This document shows positions 8,162-18,009 of a DNA stretch of 64,000 bases, one piece after another. The stretch's first letter is position 1; the number at the start of each line of letters is the position of its first letter. Source of the DNA: an uncultured Methanosarcinales archaeon. Lineage in GTDB: Archaea; Nanobdellota; Nanobdellia; Woesearchaeales; ARS49. The translations under genes and the position numbers were made by a program. The notes under the pieces are model-generated. The model ran no database searches. It saw only the letters and a list, made by a program, of their open reading frames with translations, and was not told the origin of the DNA. The stretch spans positions 60,437 through 124,436 of the forward strand of contig CAZNDX010000001.1 in assembly GCA_964572035.1 (NCBI GenBank), written 5' to 3'.

Positions 8162-10945
8162 GTGAGAATGGCAAATAAAGCAATTACATTGACTCCTCTG
8201 ATTTTTATTCTAGTGGTGTTAACGTTCGTTAATGTTCAGGGAGCGGAATTAAGTCAAGAAAAAATTTTCCAGTTTGACCATGCGCCCACCCAACAAGATT
8301 ACGACAATCTCTTAATTCGAGGATGCACGGTAACATATGAACCGAGACACTTAAACCTTCTAATCGCGACATGCACTGAACAAGAAGGCGCGATGACGAT
8401 GCAGCAAACACCGCAGATCGGACAAGTTTGGGAAAATGAAATGTTCTCATCGACATTAAGCGACGGCGCCCAAATAATAGAGGCAATTCAGGCATGGAAT
8501 TCAAGTTATAACGGAAGCGGAATTACAATAGGGATAATGGATACAGGCATTAACACAAGCCACTCCGCGCTGGCAGGACAATTTGACGGCGAAATTGACT
8601 TTTACGATGGAGGAACAGCAGAAGACCTGTGCAACCACGGAACGCCCGTCGCAGGAATACTCGCTTCACTAAACGAAACATATAGGGGAATAGCGCACGG
8701 GGCGAGATTTTATAATTTGAAAACGGGACAAATAGTTACCGGCTCTTGCGGCCACTCCAGTTCGGACATAATAGAAGCAATTGACTACTCAGTTGAAAAT
8801 GGAATAGATATCATTTCAATGTCAATAGGAGGAGCAGTTAGCAACTGCGACCTTTCAATAACTGCGCTTTACGTTAATGAAACAGTATATCAAGATGGAA
8901 TTCCGATAGTAATAGGTGCAGGAAACGGAGGATCAAGCAACAACAGCATATGGTCTCCGGGCTGCGCGCAAAACGCAATAACTGTGGGCTCAGTGAACAA
9001 AGACAGGACTTTGTCAAGTTTTTCAAGCAGAGGACCCGTCAACAATTACAACAAGCCGGATGTTTTGGCTCCCGGAAACAGCATAGCCAGTACGCATCTT
9101 GACGGAACATTCGCGGGAGGATTTAGCGGCACAAGCATGGCAACTCCTTTCGCCGCAGGAGTTGTCGCATTAATTCTTCAGGCAAACCCCGAACTTAACT
9201 GGACACAAATAAAAGAAATTCTCGCCAACAGCTCAACAGATTTGGGATACGCAGAAAATGAACAAGGGGCAGGACTTGTCAACGCCAGCAGGGCAGTTGA
9301 GATCGCTCTAACCGTAAACACGACAAAACCTCCAAAAACAACAGCAACAATCACAAAAACAGACAACACAAACCCGCTCAACATATCAAATTCAACGATA
9401 TTGAAATATCAAATAAATTTCACAATCCAAAACGGAACAGCGTACAACACGATAATTGAGGAAAATTACCCGGCAAATATAATATTCATTTCCTCGACTC
9501 CAATCCCAACGACCGGCGAAAATATCTGGGCAGCAGGCAATCTAACATCGGGACAAACATACCAAATAAACATAACTGTGAATGTAAGCCAAAACCTTCA
9601 AAATGGAACAATCCTCACAAACAAAGTCAACGCGACGTTCACGAATTCCACAAACGGACTGGAAACAAAAGAATACATTAAAAACACGACAATAACAAGG
9701 GACCAAACATTCGAGGATTACCCCGGAATATTGATTCTCGCGCAAAACACAAACGGGCCAACATATTATGACATTTACGACAATCAAACATTCGGCGCGC
9801 CTCAAAATTTTGAAACAAACGGAACACCCGCATGGATATTATCTGAATCAACCGAAACCAGAAACGAAACCGCAATAGCCATACAAAACAGCGACAACGC
9901 GATACACTTCTACATCCACACGCCTCAAACGAACGTAACTGACCCAATTTTATTGACGCAAGACTCGGGAGGCTCTCAAAGAAGATTTGACCTTGAGTAC
10001 GACAAAAACGGAAACGCGCTCATAGTTTTCGCAACAGGGAACAGCACGCCATCATACAAAATATGGGACGGAAACCAATTCATATCAAGCGGAAGCCTCC
10101 CTCAAGACGCATGCACAAGCAACACGGCATGGGTGCAAACCGCGGCATCCCCTGTTGATGAAACAGTGATAGCGATATACTCCGACACAAGCGGAAGATA
10201 TTGCGCCCAAGTTTGGAACGGAAGCCAGTGGGGACAAAGCAAACATTTCGACACCGATGCCGGCACCGCAACAGAAAAATTCAGCCTAGAATTTGAAGAA
10301 ACAAGCGGACACGCGCTCGCAGTATTTGAAAGCCCAACACAAGGAATCGTGAGCTACTGCGAATGGACTGGAATTTGGTGTTCTTCAAACACAGACCTGT
10401 CGGACAGAGGAAGCCAAAACGACTGGGTAAGACTTTCTTCCGAACCAACAAGCGACAGAATAATTCTTGGAACATATCAGAGCGGAAACGCAGATATTGA
10501 TGTAGTTGAATGGAACGGAAGCAGATTTGGAACATGGAAAACAATAGATCCAAGCGTTGAAACAGGAGGCGACAGAATATTTGACGTAAGCTACATAGGA
10601 AACACAGGAAAGGCAATGATAGTTTACACTGACAGCAACCAAAAAGTCCCATCGTTCTCAACATGCGAAAATTCCAACACCTGTTTTGGCGGCACATGGA
10701 GCTCCAACAGCTTAACAACAAGCAGCGGAAATAACTGCGGAGAAAACTCCGATTTGGATTTCGTAAAACTAACTCAAAAACCAAACACAAACCAAATTTT
10801 GCTGACCGGATTAAGCCAAACCCAGCACTATAAGTGCGCCCAAGCCTACAACGGAACAACATGGCAAACATGGACTAGCAATCTCGGAAGCGGAAGCGCA
10901 GATCTTGCGGCGGAAGACATTAGCGCGACATTTGACGCCGACTAA
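8162..10945 (+). CDS. secreted subtilisin-like serine protease (S8) with a long N-glycosylation-sequon-rich C-terminal extension
   Basis: Signal peptide, then the catalytic triad motifs IMDTGI (Asp), CNHGTPVAGI (His), GTSMATPFAAG (Ser). The C-terminal 550 aa are packed with N-x-S/T sequons. Confidence 0.85.
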   Translation: MRMANKAITLTPLIFILVVLTFVNVQGAELSQEKIFQFDHAPTQQDYDNLLIRGCTVTYEPRHLNLLIATCTEQEGAMTMQQTPQIGQVWENEMFSSTLSDGAQIIEAIQAWNSSYNGSGITIGIMDTGINTSHSALAGQFDGEIDFYDGGTAEDLCNHGTPVAGILASLNETYRGIAHGARFYNLKTGQIVTGSCGHSSSDIIEAIDYSVENGIDIISMSIGGAVSNCDLSITALYVNETVYQDGIPIVIGAGNGGSSNNSIWSPGCAQNAITVGSVNKDRTLSSFSSRGPVNNYNKPDVLAPGNSIASTHLDGTFAGGFSGTSMATPFAAGVVALILQANPELNWTQIKEILANSSTDLGYAENEQGAGLVNASRAVEIALTVNTTKPPKTTATITKTDNTNPLNISNSTILKYQINFTIQNGTAYNTIIEENYPANIIFISSTPIPTTGENIWAAGNLTSGQTYQINITVNVSQNLQNGTILTNKVNATFTNSTNGLETKEYIKNTTITRDQTFEDYPGILILAQNTNGPTYYDIYDNQTFGAPQNFETNGTPAWILSESTETRNETAIAIQNSDNAIHFYIHTPQTNVTDPILLTQDSGGSQRRFDLEYDKNGNALIVFATGNSTPSYKIWDGNQFISSGSLPQDACTSNTAWVQTAASPVDETVIAIYSDTSGRYCAQVWNGSQWGQSKHFDTDAGTATEKFSLEFEETSGHALAVFESPTQGIVSYCEWTGIWCSSNTDLSDRGSQNDWVRLSSEPTSDRIILGTYQSGNADIDVVEWNGSRFGTWKTIDPSVETGGDRIFDVSYIGNTGKAMIVYTDSNQKVPSFSTCENSNTCFGGTWSSNSLTTSSGNNCGENSDLDFVKLTQKPNTNQILLTGLSQTQHYKCAQAYNGTTWQTWTSNLGSGSADLAAEDISATFDAD

Positions 10946-11097
10946 TCTTATTACAAAATAAGTATGACGAAGTATTATATACTGGAAGTTCTAGCGAGAA
11001 TAAAATTATAAAAAGAGAACAATTTAAACTACATAAAAAGTAAAAAATAACTACAAAATAAGTAAAATTACTTAAAATGTAGCAAAGAGGTGAATGA

Positions 11098-11475
11098 TTG
11101 AAGCCAGACCAACACTTCGCGCCAATAACCATTTTCAACGGAAAACTAAGCCCTGGCGAGGCGCTCGTAAAACACTTACGGGAACACCACAACCTGCGGT
11201 TCACAGACATCGCTAAACTGCTAAACAGAGACCAAAGAGGAATCTGGTGCGCGTACAAGGCATCGCAAAAAAAAGAGCCAGAACACATTCCTTTTGACCC
11301 GCACCACATATTGTTCCCTGTGAACATGTTTTCTGACCGAAACTTCAGCATACTGGAACACATCGTGATTCATCTGCGGGAAAAATACACCGTAAAAGAA
11401 ATAGCGGAACTTCTAAACAAACACCCAAGCACAATAAGCACTATTCAGACGAGAGCAAGGAGGAAACAGCCTTGA
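11098..11475 (+). CDS. DNA-binding protein with two tandem HTH_10 / sigma-70 region-4-like helix-turn-helix repeats
   Basis: TTG start with AGAGG SD 7 nt upstream. Repeat 1 is LSPGEALVKHLREHHNLRFTDIAKLLNRDQRGIWCAYKAS and repeat 2 is FSILEHIVIHLREKYTVKEIAELLNKHPSTISTIQTRARRK. Its stop overlaps the TTG start of the giant surface protein gene. Confidence 0.55.
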   Translation: MKPDQHFAPITIFNGKLSPGEALVKHLREHHNLRFTDIAKLLNRDQRGIWCAYKASQKKEPEHIPFDPHHILFPVNMFSDRNFSILEHIVIHLREKYTVKEIAELLNKHPSTISTIQTRARRKQP

Positions 11476-14400
11476 GAATTCTGCCAATTTTACTGATATT
11501 GGCACTCGCTACGGCCACAGCAGGAGTTGACATATCAGAAATACTTGGCAAAAAATTGGAAGTAAAAAATGAAGAAAACAAAAATGAGAAACTAATTTCA
11601 GATACATTGTCAAAATTCACAGAACGATTAAAGGATAAAAACGAAATATCCCTAATTGACAAAACCGGAAAAGCGCAAATAAAACAAACATCCAGAAATT
11701 GGACGATCAACGCAACAATTGAAAATCACCCGATCAGAAAAATACAACTCAACAACGTAAGAGGAAAAAACAACACTCTAAAGATAGACACCCCAATAAT
11801 AAAAGACTCAAGACAGTCATACGCGATAGACCCCACGGAAATCAACTTCACCAACGGAGAAATAGAAGTAATCGCGAAAGGGGAGCACCTTTTCAAATGC
11901 CCCGGATGGAACTACACGACGGCAATCTGCGAAGAAACCTGCAAATTGAACAATGACCAAGAAGAAGTATGCCTTGAATGGTTTTACCAAAAAGAAATCA
12001 CTCCCGGACAACCATACACAATAGAGATAGCCCCAAATGACCCCGCGTTTTATGAAACATCCGCATCATCTGACGTGTCCGCAAGCCCCTATAACAGCAC
12101 AACAATACTAATCGCGTTCACCGATGTAACCCAAACCGACGTGGGATTTAAAATAATGGACACAAACGGGACTGAAATAGTAAATACAACACTTGTTGAC
12201 ACAACGGTTGACACAAGATCAAGAGTTGACTCAGCATGGATAAACTCAACACACTTCGTAATATTCTGGGCGGACACGCTTGAAAACGACGGAACATTTC
12301 AAATATGGAACTTCAACGGAACCCACGCGACAAGCGCGACAACTCCAATAGACGCAGACACAAGCATGGGAGGAATAAATGTTGACGTATCAATAGCCAT
12401 GCTAAACGACAGATTCGTAACCTGCTACGCGAACGACGGAGACTCTGACGCCGATTTCAGGGCTTTCGACTTTTTGGGAACACAAGTAGTTGGAGAAACC
12501 GCTGTTGACGGAAACATACTTCCAAGCGCACCCCTCCAAAACCAAATCGACTGCTCAGCGACGAGCAACAACAGATGGACTTATTTCACTTATGACGACG
12601 CTACTGTCAACGACGCGACATATTACATTCAAAGCGAAACAGGCGCAAGCATAGTAGGGGCAGTCGATATAGACACGGACGTCGGAGAGGAAGGACAAGT
12701 GACAGTCATAGGACTTAACGAAAACTTGTCAGGACTTGTTTGGTATGATTCAACAGACCAAGACATAACAATCGCGGGAGTCAACAACTCAGGAACAACA
12801 ATATTCGGACCAACCGACGCAGACACGGAAGCCGGGACTTCAAGCAGAGTCGCGGCGACAGGACTCAGGCAAGACAAAACATCAACCGACCAACTCTTCG
12901 CGTTCGCCTGGTACGACTCAGCAGACACCACAATAAAAGCGGCCGTTTATAGGACAAACGGGACACAATTCACCGCGCCATTCAACGTAACAACAACTCC
13001 AAACAGCACATATCAAATCATAGACATAACCGGAAGAGATAGCATAACAGGACAAGAAATATGCCCCGGCACGTTCATCGTCGCGTTCAGCAACTCAACT
13101 GGAAGAGGGGAATTCCTTGGCTTCTGGGCGAACAGTACACCATGGAACGGAACGTGCGTTGAAAACGAGCCACCCTCAATAAAAAACGCAACAGTTGTTC
13201 CTTCAATAGTGAACATAGGAAACAACGTGTGTTTCATTTTGAACGTTACAGACGCGGACGGTATAACGAACGTCACGGCAATCATAGACCCCCCACTTGG
13301 AGCCAACCAAACTCTGACTTTGAACGAAGGGTTATCATGCAACAGCATCCCAGGGGATAATTTATGGACAAACATTTACTTCCCAATAATTGACGCGACA
13401 CACATTTGGGGAACTGTAAACATAACAGACGGATTAGGGGTAACAACAACTCACGCGATTAATGTTAGTTTCGATGTATTACTCCCTTCGATATCAATTG
13501 AGGGAATTTACCCTCCAACTTTCGCAGCGTATAACGACGGAACAAACTTCAACGTCAGCCTGATTAATGTCTCGGATAACGTTTATACGACACAAACAAT
13601 ACCCGCAAATGTAAACACTCGAACATTCTTCAACTGGACACAGTTCAACTTAACCGACAAACAAATAAAAAACGCAGTTATTATAGTTGAGCATTCATAC
13701 TCGAACTCAACCAATCTCAACATAAGCCTTGACCAATTCAACGGAAGCGAATGGATCAGCAGATGCACACTCAGCGCAAGCCAAACTGACACAACCCACT
13801 TTTGCAACATAACCGTATTTGTAAATTCAACAACATTAAACAATCTTCAACTGAGATTGAACGCGAGCGCGACTTCAAATAGAACACAAAATGTGGACTA
13901 TATTGTTCTCAACCTAACCACAAACACGCCGCCAACAATCAACCACGACATAAACCAAACATACCTTTTGAACCAAACGGCGCTTCTAAGACTCAACGTC
14001 ACAGACCTCGAAAATGACACAATAATCAGAGTGAACGCCACAGTCACATCTCCAAGTGGAGCAACACTATTTTACAACTTCACAAACACAAACGGAACAT
14101 TATGGGACGCGACGCATGCCGACATGAAACTAAAAGGAATCTACAACATAACCATAAGGGCAACAGACAACCAAGGCAGCACAAGAGTAATTCAAACATT
14201 CTTCACAAGAAGAGCGTTTAACGTTGTCGACATAATAGAGCCAAAAGAAGAAGGAGTCCCAACGCTTCAGAATTTCAGCTTCCACAATTACACCGCCCAG
14301 ATAATCTCAAACCAATCAAACATACTTGCCCTATCCATAAACCTCACGGGAGCAGAAGTTAAACAAATTAACATAACTGGATACAACGAAAGCTCCCCAT

Positions 14401-16655
14401 ACAGCATAATTGAACTTAAAGACGATGAAGAAAACACGCCAAAAACAGTATCATTCACAGGATATCAAATAAACCCTGAAGGCCTTGACTTCACGAACGC
14501 GACACTTCTCCTGAACGCGAGCGGAAACCACTCATTATGGAAATGCGCGAACTACAACTTCACGGAAGAAAAATGCTTTGAAGGAAACTGGATAGAACAC
14601 CGAAACATAACAAAAGGCCAACTTTACACCGTAAATATAAACGCAACGGACCCCGCTTTTATCGAAACAACGGCGGCAGGAGACGTCGCAATGGACCCAC
14701 TAAACAACACAATATTCCTAATAGGATTTGTTGACATAGCTCAAACAGAGGTCTCATTTGAAATACTAAACACGAACGGAACAATAATCATTAATACAAC
14801 AGACGTGGACACAACAGTAACAACAAACGCAAGAGTTGACGTCAACTGGATAAACAGCAGCCACTTCGTAATATTCTGGGCAGACACAAACGATAACGAC
14901 GCGACATTCCAAATATTTAGCTTCAACGGAACAGCAACAACAAGCGTCGCAGGACCAATAGATGTCGACACATCAATGGGAAGCGCAAATGTTGACGTAT
15001 CACTCGCAATGCTAGACAACAGATTCGTAACGTGCTACGCGAACGACGCAGACTCTGACGCGGACTTTCAAGCATACAATTTCGCCGGAACACAAGTGGT
15101 TGTTGAAACCGCAGTGGATGGAAATATACAACCAAGCTCGCCGCTTCAAAATCTAATAGACTGCTCGGCAACAAACAACACCAGATGGACATATTTCACA
15201 TTTGATGACTCGACAGTCAACGACGCGACATACTACATTCTCGACAACACAGGAGGAACAATAGTGGGCGCGACAGACATAGACACAGACGTAGGAGAAA
15301 CAGGACAAGTAGCAGTAATTGGACTTAACAACAACCTTTCAGGGCTGGTATGGTATGACAGCACGGACCAAGACATATCAATCGCAGGAGTCAACAATTC
15401 AGGAACAACCACCTTCGGACCAACAGACGTCGACACAGGAGCCGGAACAGAAAGCAGAGTAGCAGGAGCAGCAGTCCGACAAAACAAAACATCAACCGAC
15501 CAACTATTCGCGTTCGCCTGGTGGTCACAAAGTAACGGAACGGTAAAGGCGTCAATTTACAGAACAAACGGAACGCAGTTCACGGCGCCGTTCAACGTAA
15601 GCGCATCGATAAACTCAACATTCCCAATAATAGACATAACCGGAAGGGACAACATAACAGGACAAGAAATATGCCCCGGCGCATTTTTAGTCGCTTTCAG
15701 TAACGGATCAACCGGCCAATTTGTCGGATACTGGGTGAACGGAACACCATGGAATGGAACATGCCCTATTGATTTAATAGCAACTCAACTAAACGCGAGC
15801 GACTTAAACCCTGATGAACTGGAAAACGTAACATTCAACGGAAGCATTTTCAACAACGGAACAAGCACCGCGTTTAATTTTATCTCAGCTATCGTGGATG
15901 GAAACTGCACTACTGGAACAATGATACAAAACAGAACAGTCAATCTCTCGGCGGGACAAAACACAACCCTAAACTTCAGCTGGAGCGCGACACCAGTGGG
16001 ACCGCACAACATAAGCTTTTGCGTCAACTACATAAACAATGTTCTGGAGGACAATTACACCAACAACAACATAACAATAACAATAAACGTCAAAGCGTAC
16101 AACGATTACTTCGGCAATATAACAGGAAATCTGACTCTTGACACAAACACAAACAACACTGAATACGACTGGAGATTCAATGACTCAGGAAACATCATCT
16201 TCACAAACTCACAAGTAACTGTGAACTTCACCGCGCTATACGCACTAGGAAGAAACACAACAGGCGGAATAGCGGTTAACGATTTTCTTGAAGCCGACCA
16301 AGCGCTGAACATGACAGGATTCAACGACAGCATACAAACACTATGGTCGACAAACGCAAGCCAGCCAAGACAAACAACAAACTTCACGGTGCGCGGAAGA
16401 ACAATAGAAAATGTGCCGTACATCAACAGCACAAACACAAGCAACTTCATAACAGGCATTTTGTGGCAATCTGTAAACAGCACAAGCAGAGAATTCAACG
16501 CGACGCAAAAGCAACCATTGCTGTTTGTAACAATGATAAACCGCAACCAAACAGGATTCTACGGAAGATATGATTATGAGGCGCACGTACCTGTGCTTCT
16601 GCGCTCCTATAATAGTACGTCCAACGCTTTGCAATATTTTGTTGAACTGAAATAA
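11472..16655 (+). CDS. giant secreted surface glycoprotein candidate (1727 aa) with a large internal duplication
   Basis: TTG start preceded by AGGAGG. Sec signal MRILPILLILALATATAG. There are more than 150 N-x-S/T sequons and acidic DxDxD motifs. Two modules of about 400 aa are roughly 75% identical. Confidence 0.8.
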   Translation: MRILPILLILALATATAGVDISEILGKKLEVKNEENKNEKLISDTLSKFTERLKDKNEISLIDKTGKAQIKQTSRNWTINATIENHPIRKIQLNNVRGKNNTLKIDTPIIKDSRQSYAIDPTEINFTNGEIEVIAKGEHLFKCPGWNYTTAICEETCKLNNDQEEVCLEWFYQKEITPGQPYTIEIAPNDPAFYETSASSDVSASPYNSTTILIAFTDVTQTDVGFKIMDTNGTEIVNTTLVDTTVDTRSRVDSAWINSTHFVIFWADTLENDGTFQIWNFNGTHATSATTPIDADTSMGGINVDVSIAMLNDRFVTCYANDGDSDADFRAFDFLGTQVVGETAVDGNILPSAPLQNQIDCSATSNNRWTYFTYDDATVNDATYYIQSETGASIVGAVDIDTDVGEEGQVTVIGLNENLSGLVWYDSTDQDITIAGVNNSGTTIFGPTDADTEAGTSSRVAATGLRQDKTSTDQLFAFAWYDSADTTIKAAVYRTNGTQFTAPFNVTTTPNSTYQIIDITGRDSITGQEICPGTFIVAFSNSTGRGEFLGFWANSTPWNGTCVENEPPSIKNATVVPSIVNIGNNVCFILNVTDADGITNVTAIIDPPLGANQTLTLNEGLSCNSIPGDNLWTNIYFPIIDATHIWGTVNITDGLGVTTTHAINVSFDVLLPSISIEGIYPPTFAAYNDGTNFNVSLINVSDNVYTTQTIPANVNTRTFFNWTQFNLTDKQIKNAVIIVEHSYSNSTNLNISLDQFNGSEWISRCTLSASQTDTTHFCNITVFVNSTTLNNLQLRLNASATSNRTQNVDYIVLNLTTNTPPTINHDINQTYLLNQTALLRLNVTDLENDTIIRVNATVTSPSGATLFYNFTNTNGTLWDATHADMKLKGIYNITIRATDNQGSTRVIQTFFTRRAFNVVDIIEPKEEGVPTLQNFSFHNYTAQIISNQSNILALSINLTGAEVKQINITGYNESSPYSIIELKDDEENTPKTVSFTGYQINPEGLDFTNATLLLNASGNHSLWKCANYNFTEEKCFEGNWIEHRNITKGQLYTVNINATDPAFIETTAAGDVAMDPLNNTIFLIGFVDIAQTEVSFEILNTNGTIIINTTDVDTTVTTNARVDVNWINSSHFVIFWADTNDNDATFQIFSFNGTATTSVAGPIDVDTSMGSANVDVSLAMLDNRFVTCYANDADSDADFQAYNFAGTQVVVETAVDGNIQPSSPLQNLIDCSATNNTRWTYFTFDDSTVNDATYYILDNTGGTIVGATDIDTDVGETGQVAVIGLNNNLSGLVWYDSTDQDISIAGVNNSGTTTFGPTDVDTGAGTESRVAGAAVRQNKTSTDQLFAFAWWSQSNGTVKASIYRTNGTQFTAPFNVSASINSTFPIIDITGRDNITGQEICPGAFLVAFSNGSTGQFVGYWVNGTPWNGTCPIDLIATQLNASDLNPDELENVTFNGSIFNNGTSTAFNFISAIVDGNCTTGTMIQNRTVNLSAGQNTTLNFSWSATPVGPHNISFCVNYINNVLEDNYTNNNITITINVKAYNDYFGNITGNLTLDTNTNNTEYDWRFNDSGNIIFTNSQVTVNFTALYALGRNTTGGIAVNDFLEADQALNMTGFNDSIQTLWSTNASQPRQTTNFTVRGRTIENVPYINSTNTSNFITGILWQSVNSTSREFNATQKQPLLFVTMINRNQTGFYGRYDYEAHVPVLLRSYNSTSNALQYFVELK
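11893..13157 (+). repeat. intragenic direct repeat, copy 1 (about 1.26 kb)
   Basis: Protein FKCPGWNYT...TPWNGTC. It shares identical nucleotide runs of at least 20 nt (e.g. cacttcgtaatattctgggc) with copy 2. Confidence 0.7.
14538..15764 (+). repeat. intragenic direct repeat, copy 2 (about 1.23 kb)
   Basis: Protein WKCANYNFT...TPWNGTC. About 75% aa identity to copy 1, offset about 2.6 kb. Confidence 0.7.
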
Positions 16656-16716
16656 AGCGAAATTTTGACTGATTTGGGATGTTTTTTTCGCTGTTTAATT
16701 ATTTTCAATATAAAAG

Positions 16717-16746
16717 ATATTTATCGATGCATGTATCGATAAATAT
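16717..16746. promoter_or_regulatory. inverted repeat ATATTTATCGAT-gcatgt-ATCGATAAATAT (12-bp arms) upstream of the winged-helix regulator gene
   Basis: Perfect arms read from the sequence. It shares a TGCATG core with the second palindrome. Confidence 0.5.
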
Positions 16747-16769
16747 TTAAACAAAACGGCAATAGAAGA

Positions 16770-16783
16770 CCTTGCATGCAAGG
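16770..16783. promoter_or_regulatory. 14-bp perfect palindrome CCTTGCATGCAAGG centred on the regulator start codon
   Basis: Read from the sequence. The ATG of ORF 16776 is the palindrome centre. Confidence 0.5.
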
Positions 16784-17246
16784 GGATCGCGTTCGAGAGA
16801 TAGTACTGAGTATAATCTCTAATTCTCAAACCCCGCTCGAAACCCCAGAAATCCTCGAACGCGTTCTTCAACAAACCAAGACGACAAGAACAATCGTCTT
16901 CAAACGCCTCACAGATTTGCGAGGCGACGGCGAGATATTCGGAGCGCACATCGGTTCCGGAAAAGGAACGTGGATTTGGTGGAACAAAGAACTGCACAAA
17001 GACGAGCAGAAAGCACCAACTTCCGACGACAAAATCGCCTCAAAAGTTCTCGAGACAATCTTCACTTCTCAAACTCCTCTAGAAACTAAGCAAATTGAGA
17101 AAATCGTGCAGGACGCGATCCCAACAACCCGCACGATAATTTTCAAACGCTTGACAGACTTGCGCGGCGACGGCAAAGTCAGAGGAAAACACGTCGGTTC
17201 CGGAAAGGGCGCCTGGATATGGTGGAGGGAAAATGCGACTAGATAA
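16776..17246 (+). CDS. tandem winged-helix DNA-binding protein (two ~70-aa repeats)
   Basis: Repeats SQTPLET.EI...TTRTI(V/I)FKRLTDLRGDG...G.H(I/V)GSGKG(T/A)WIWW occur twice. It lies just upstream of the paralogous secreted-protein genes and overlaps the first by 14 nt. Confidence 0.6.
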   Translation: MQGDRVREIVLSIISNSQTPLETPEILERVLQQTKTTRTIVFKRLTDLRGDGEIFGAHIGSGKGTWIWWNKELHKDEQKAPTSDDKIASKVLETIFTSQTPLETKQIEKIVQDAIPTTRTIIFKRLTDLRGDGKVRGKHVGSGKGAWIWWRENATR

Positions 17247-17916
17247 AAGTCTAGGCAAAGCGCTGATCGCAATCGCAATGGCCCTCATTATGGTAGCTGC
17301 AGCCTTCGCCCAGCCAGTAGGAGCGGGCGTGCAAACCGGAACACCAGTAACCAAGTCATTCATCAGCTCCGGAACAATAGGAGCGCAGGGAGGAAACGCG
17401 ACAACACTCAGCGCAACAACAGAAACGCAAACATTGTCCTGGCAGGGCTTCTACGGAGAAGTATCGGCCAATATGAGCCTGGAGAATTCAAACGGCAGCG
17501 TACTATACAGCTGGACCAACGCGACAAACGGAACAATATATCTCAGCAGAAAGGCAGCTGTCAACTTCGCCAACATAACAGCAGTAAACGTATGTACCGT
17601 CGATGAAAGCATCACAGGAACTGGCAGCGCAAGAGTAAACAACACATTCAGGTCAAGCAACAACACCGAGCTAATAGTTGGAGGAACAGTGATTCCACCT
17701 GGAACAGCGTGCGCGATGAACTCATACGTCAATAACGCAAGCCAGAGTAGCGCGTTCGAAGAAATCATCCTGACAGATGACGGAGTAACAACCATATACG
17801 CGACGCAGATAGAGGAGAACGCTCCAGGATTCGACGGACAGCCACACGACTGGCAGGCGCTAGTGCCATCCAACCTAACAACACTAACGTACTACGTATA
17901 CGTCGAATTCGAATAA
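17233..17916 (+). CDS. Sec-secreted protein, paralog family member A
   Basis: Signal peptide ending AFA-QP. Conserved AQGGNxT...WQGFYG core shared with 18010 and 20358. Sequon-rich. Confidence 0.65.
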   Translation: MRLDKSLGKALIAIAMALIMVAAAFAQPVGAGVQTGTPVTKSFISSGTIGAQGGNATTLSATTETQTLSWQGFYGEVSANMSLENSNGSVLYSWTNATNGTIYLSRKAAVNFANITAVNVCTVDESITGTGSARVNNTFRSSNNTELIVGGTVIPPGTACAMNSYVNNASQSSAFEEIILTDDGVTTIYATQIEENAPGFDGQPHDWQALVPSNLTTLTYYVYVEFE

Positions 17917-18009
17917 GCAAAACGAAATATTTAAATATCAGTATAGTCATATAAAAGGTCACCAGTATACGAAAACATATACTATAGTTGAGGGAAAAGA
18001 GGGATTTCA

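Noticed and set aside
9178-10871. Several minus-strand ORFs (68-196 aa) rich in C, F, L and R
   Set aside because: They are antisense to the subtilase gene. T-rich antisense reading gives Cys, Phe and Leu-rich pseudo-proteins with no motifs.
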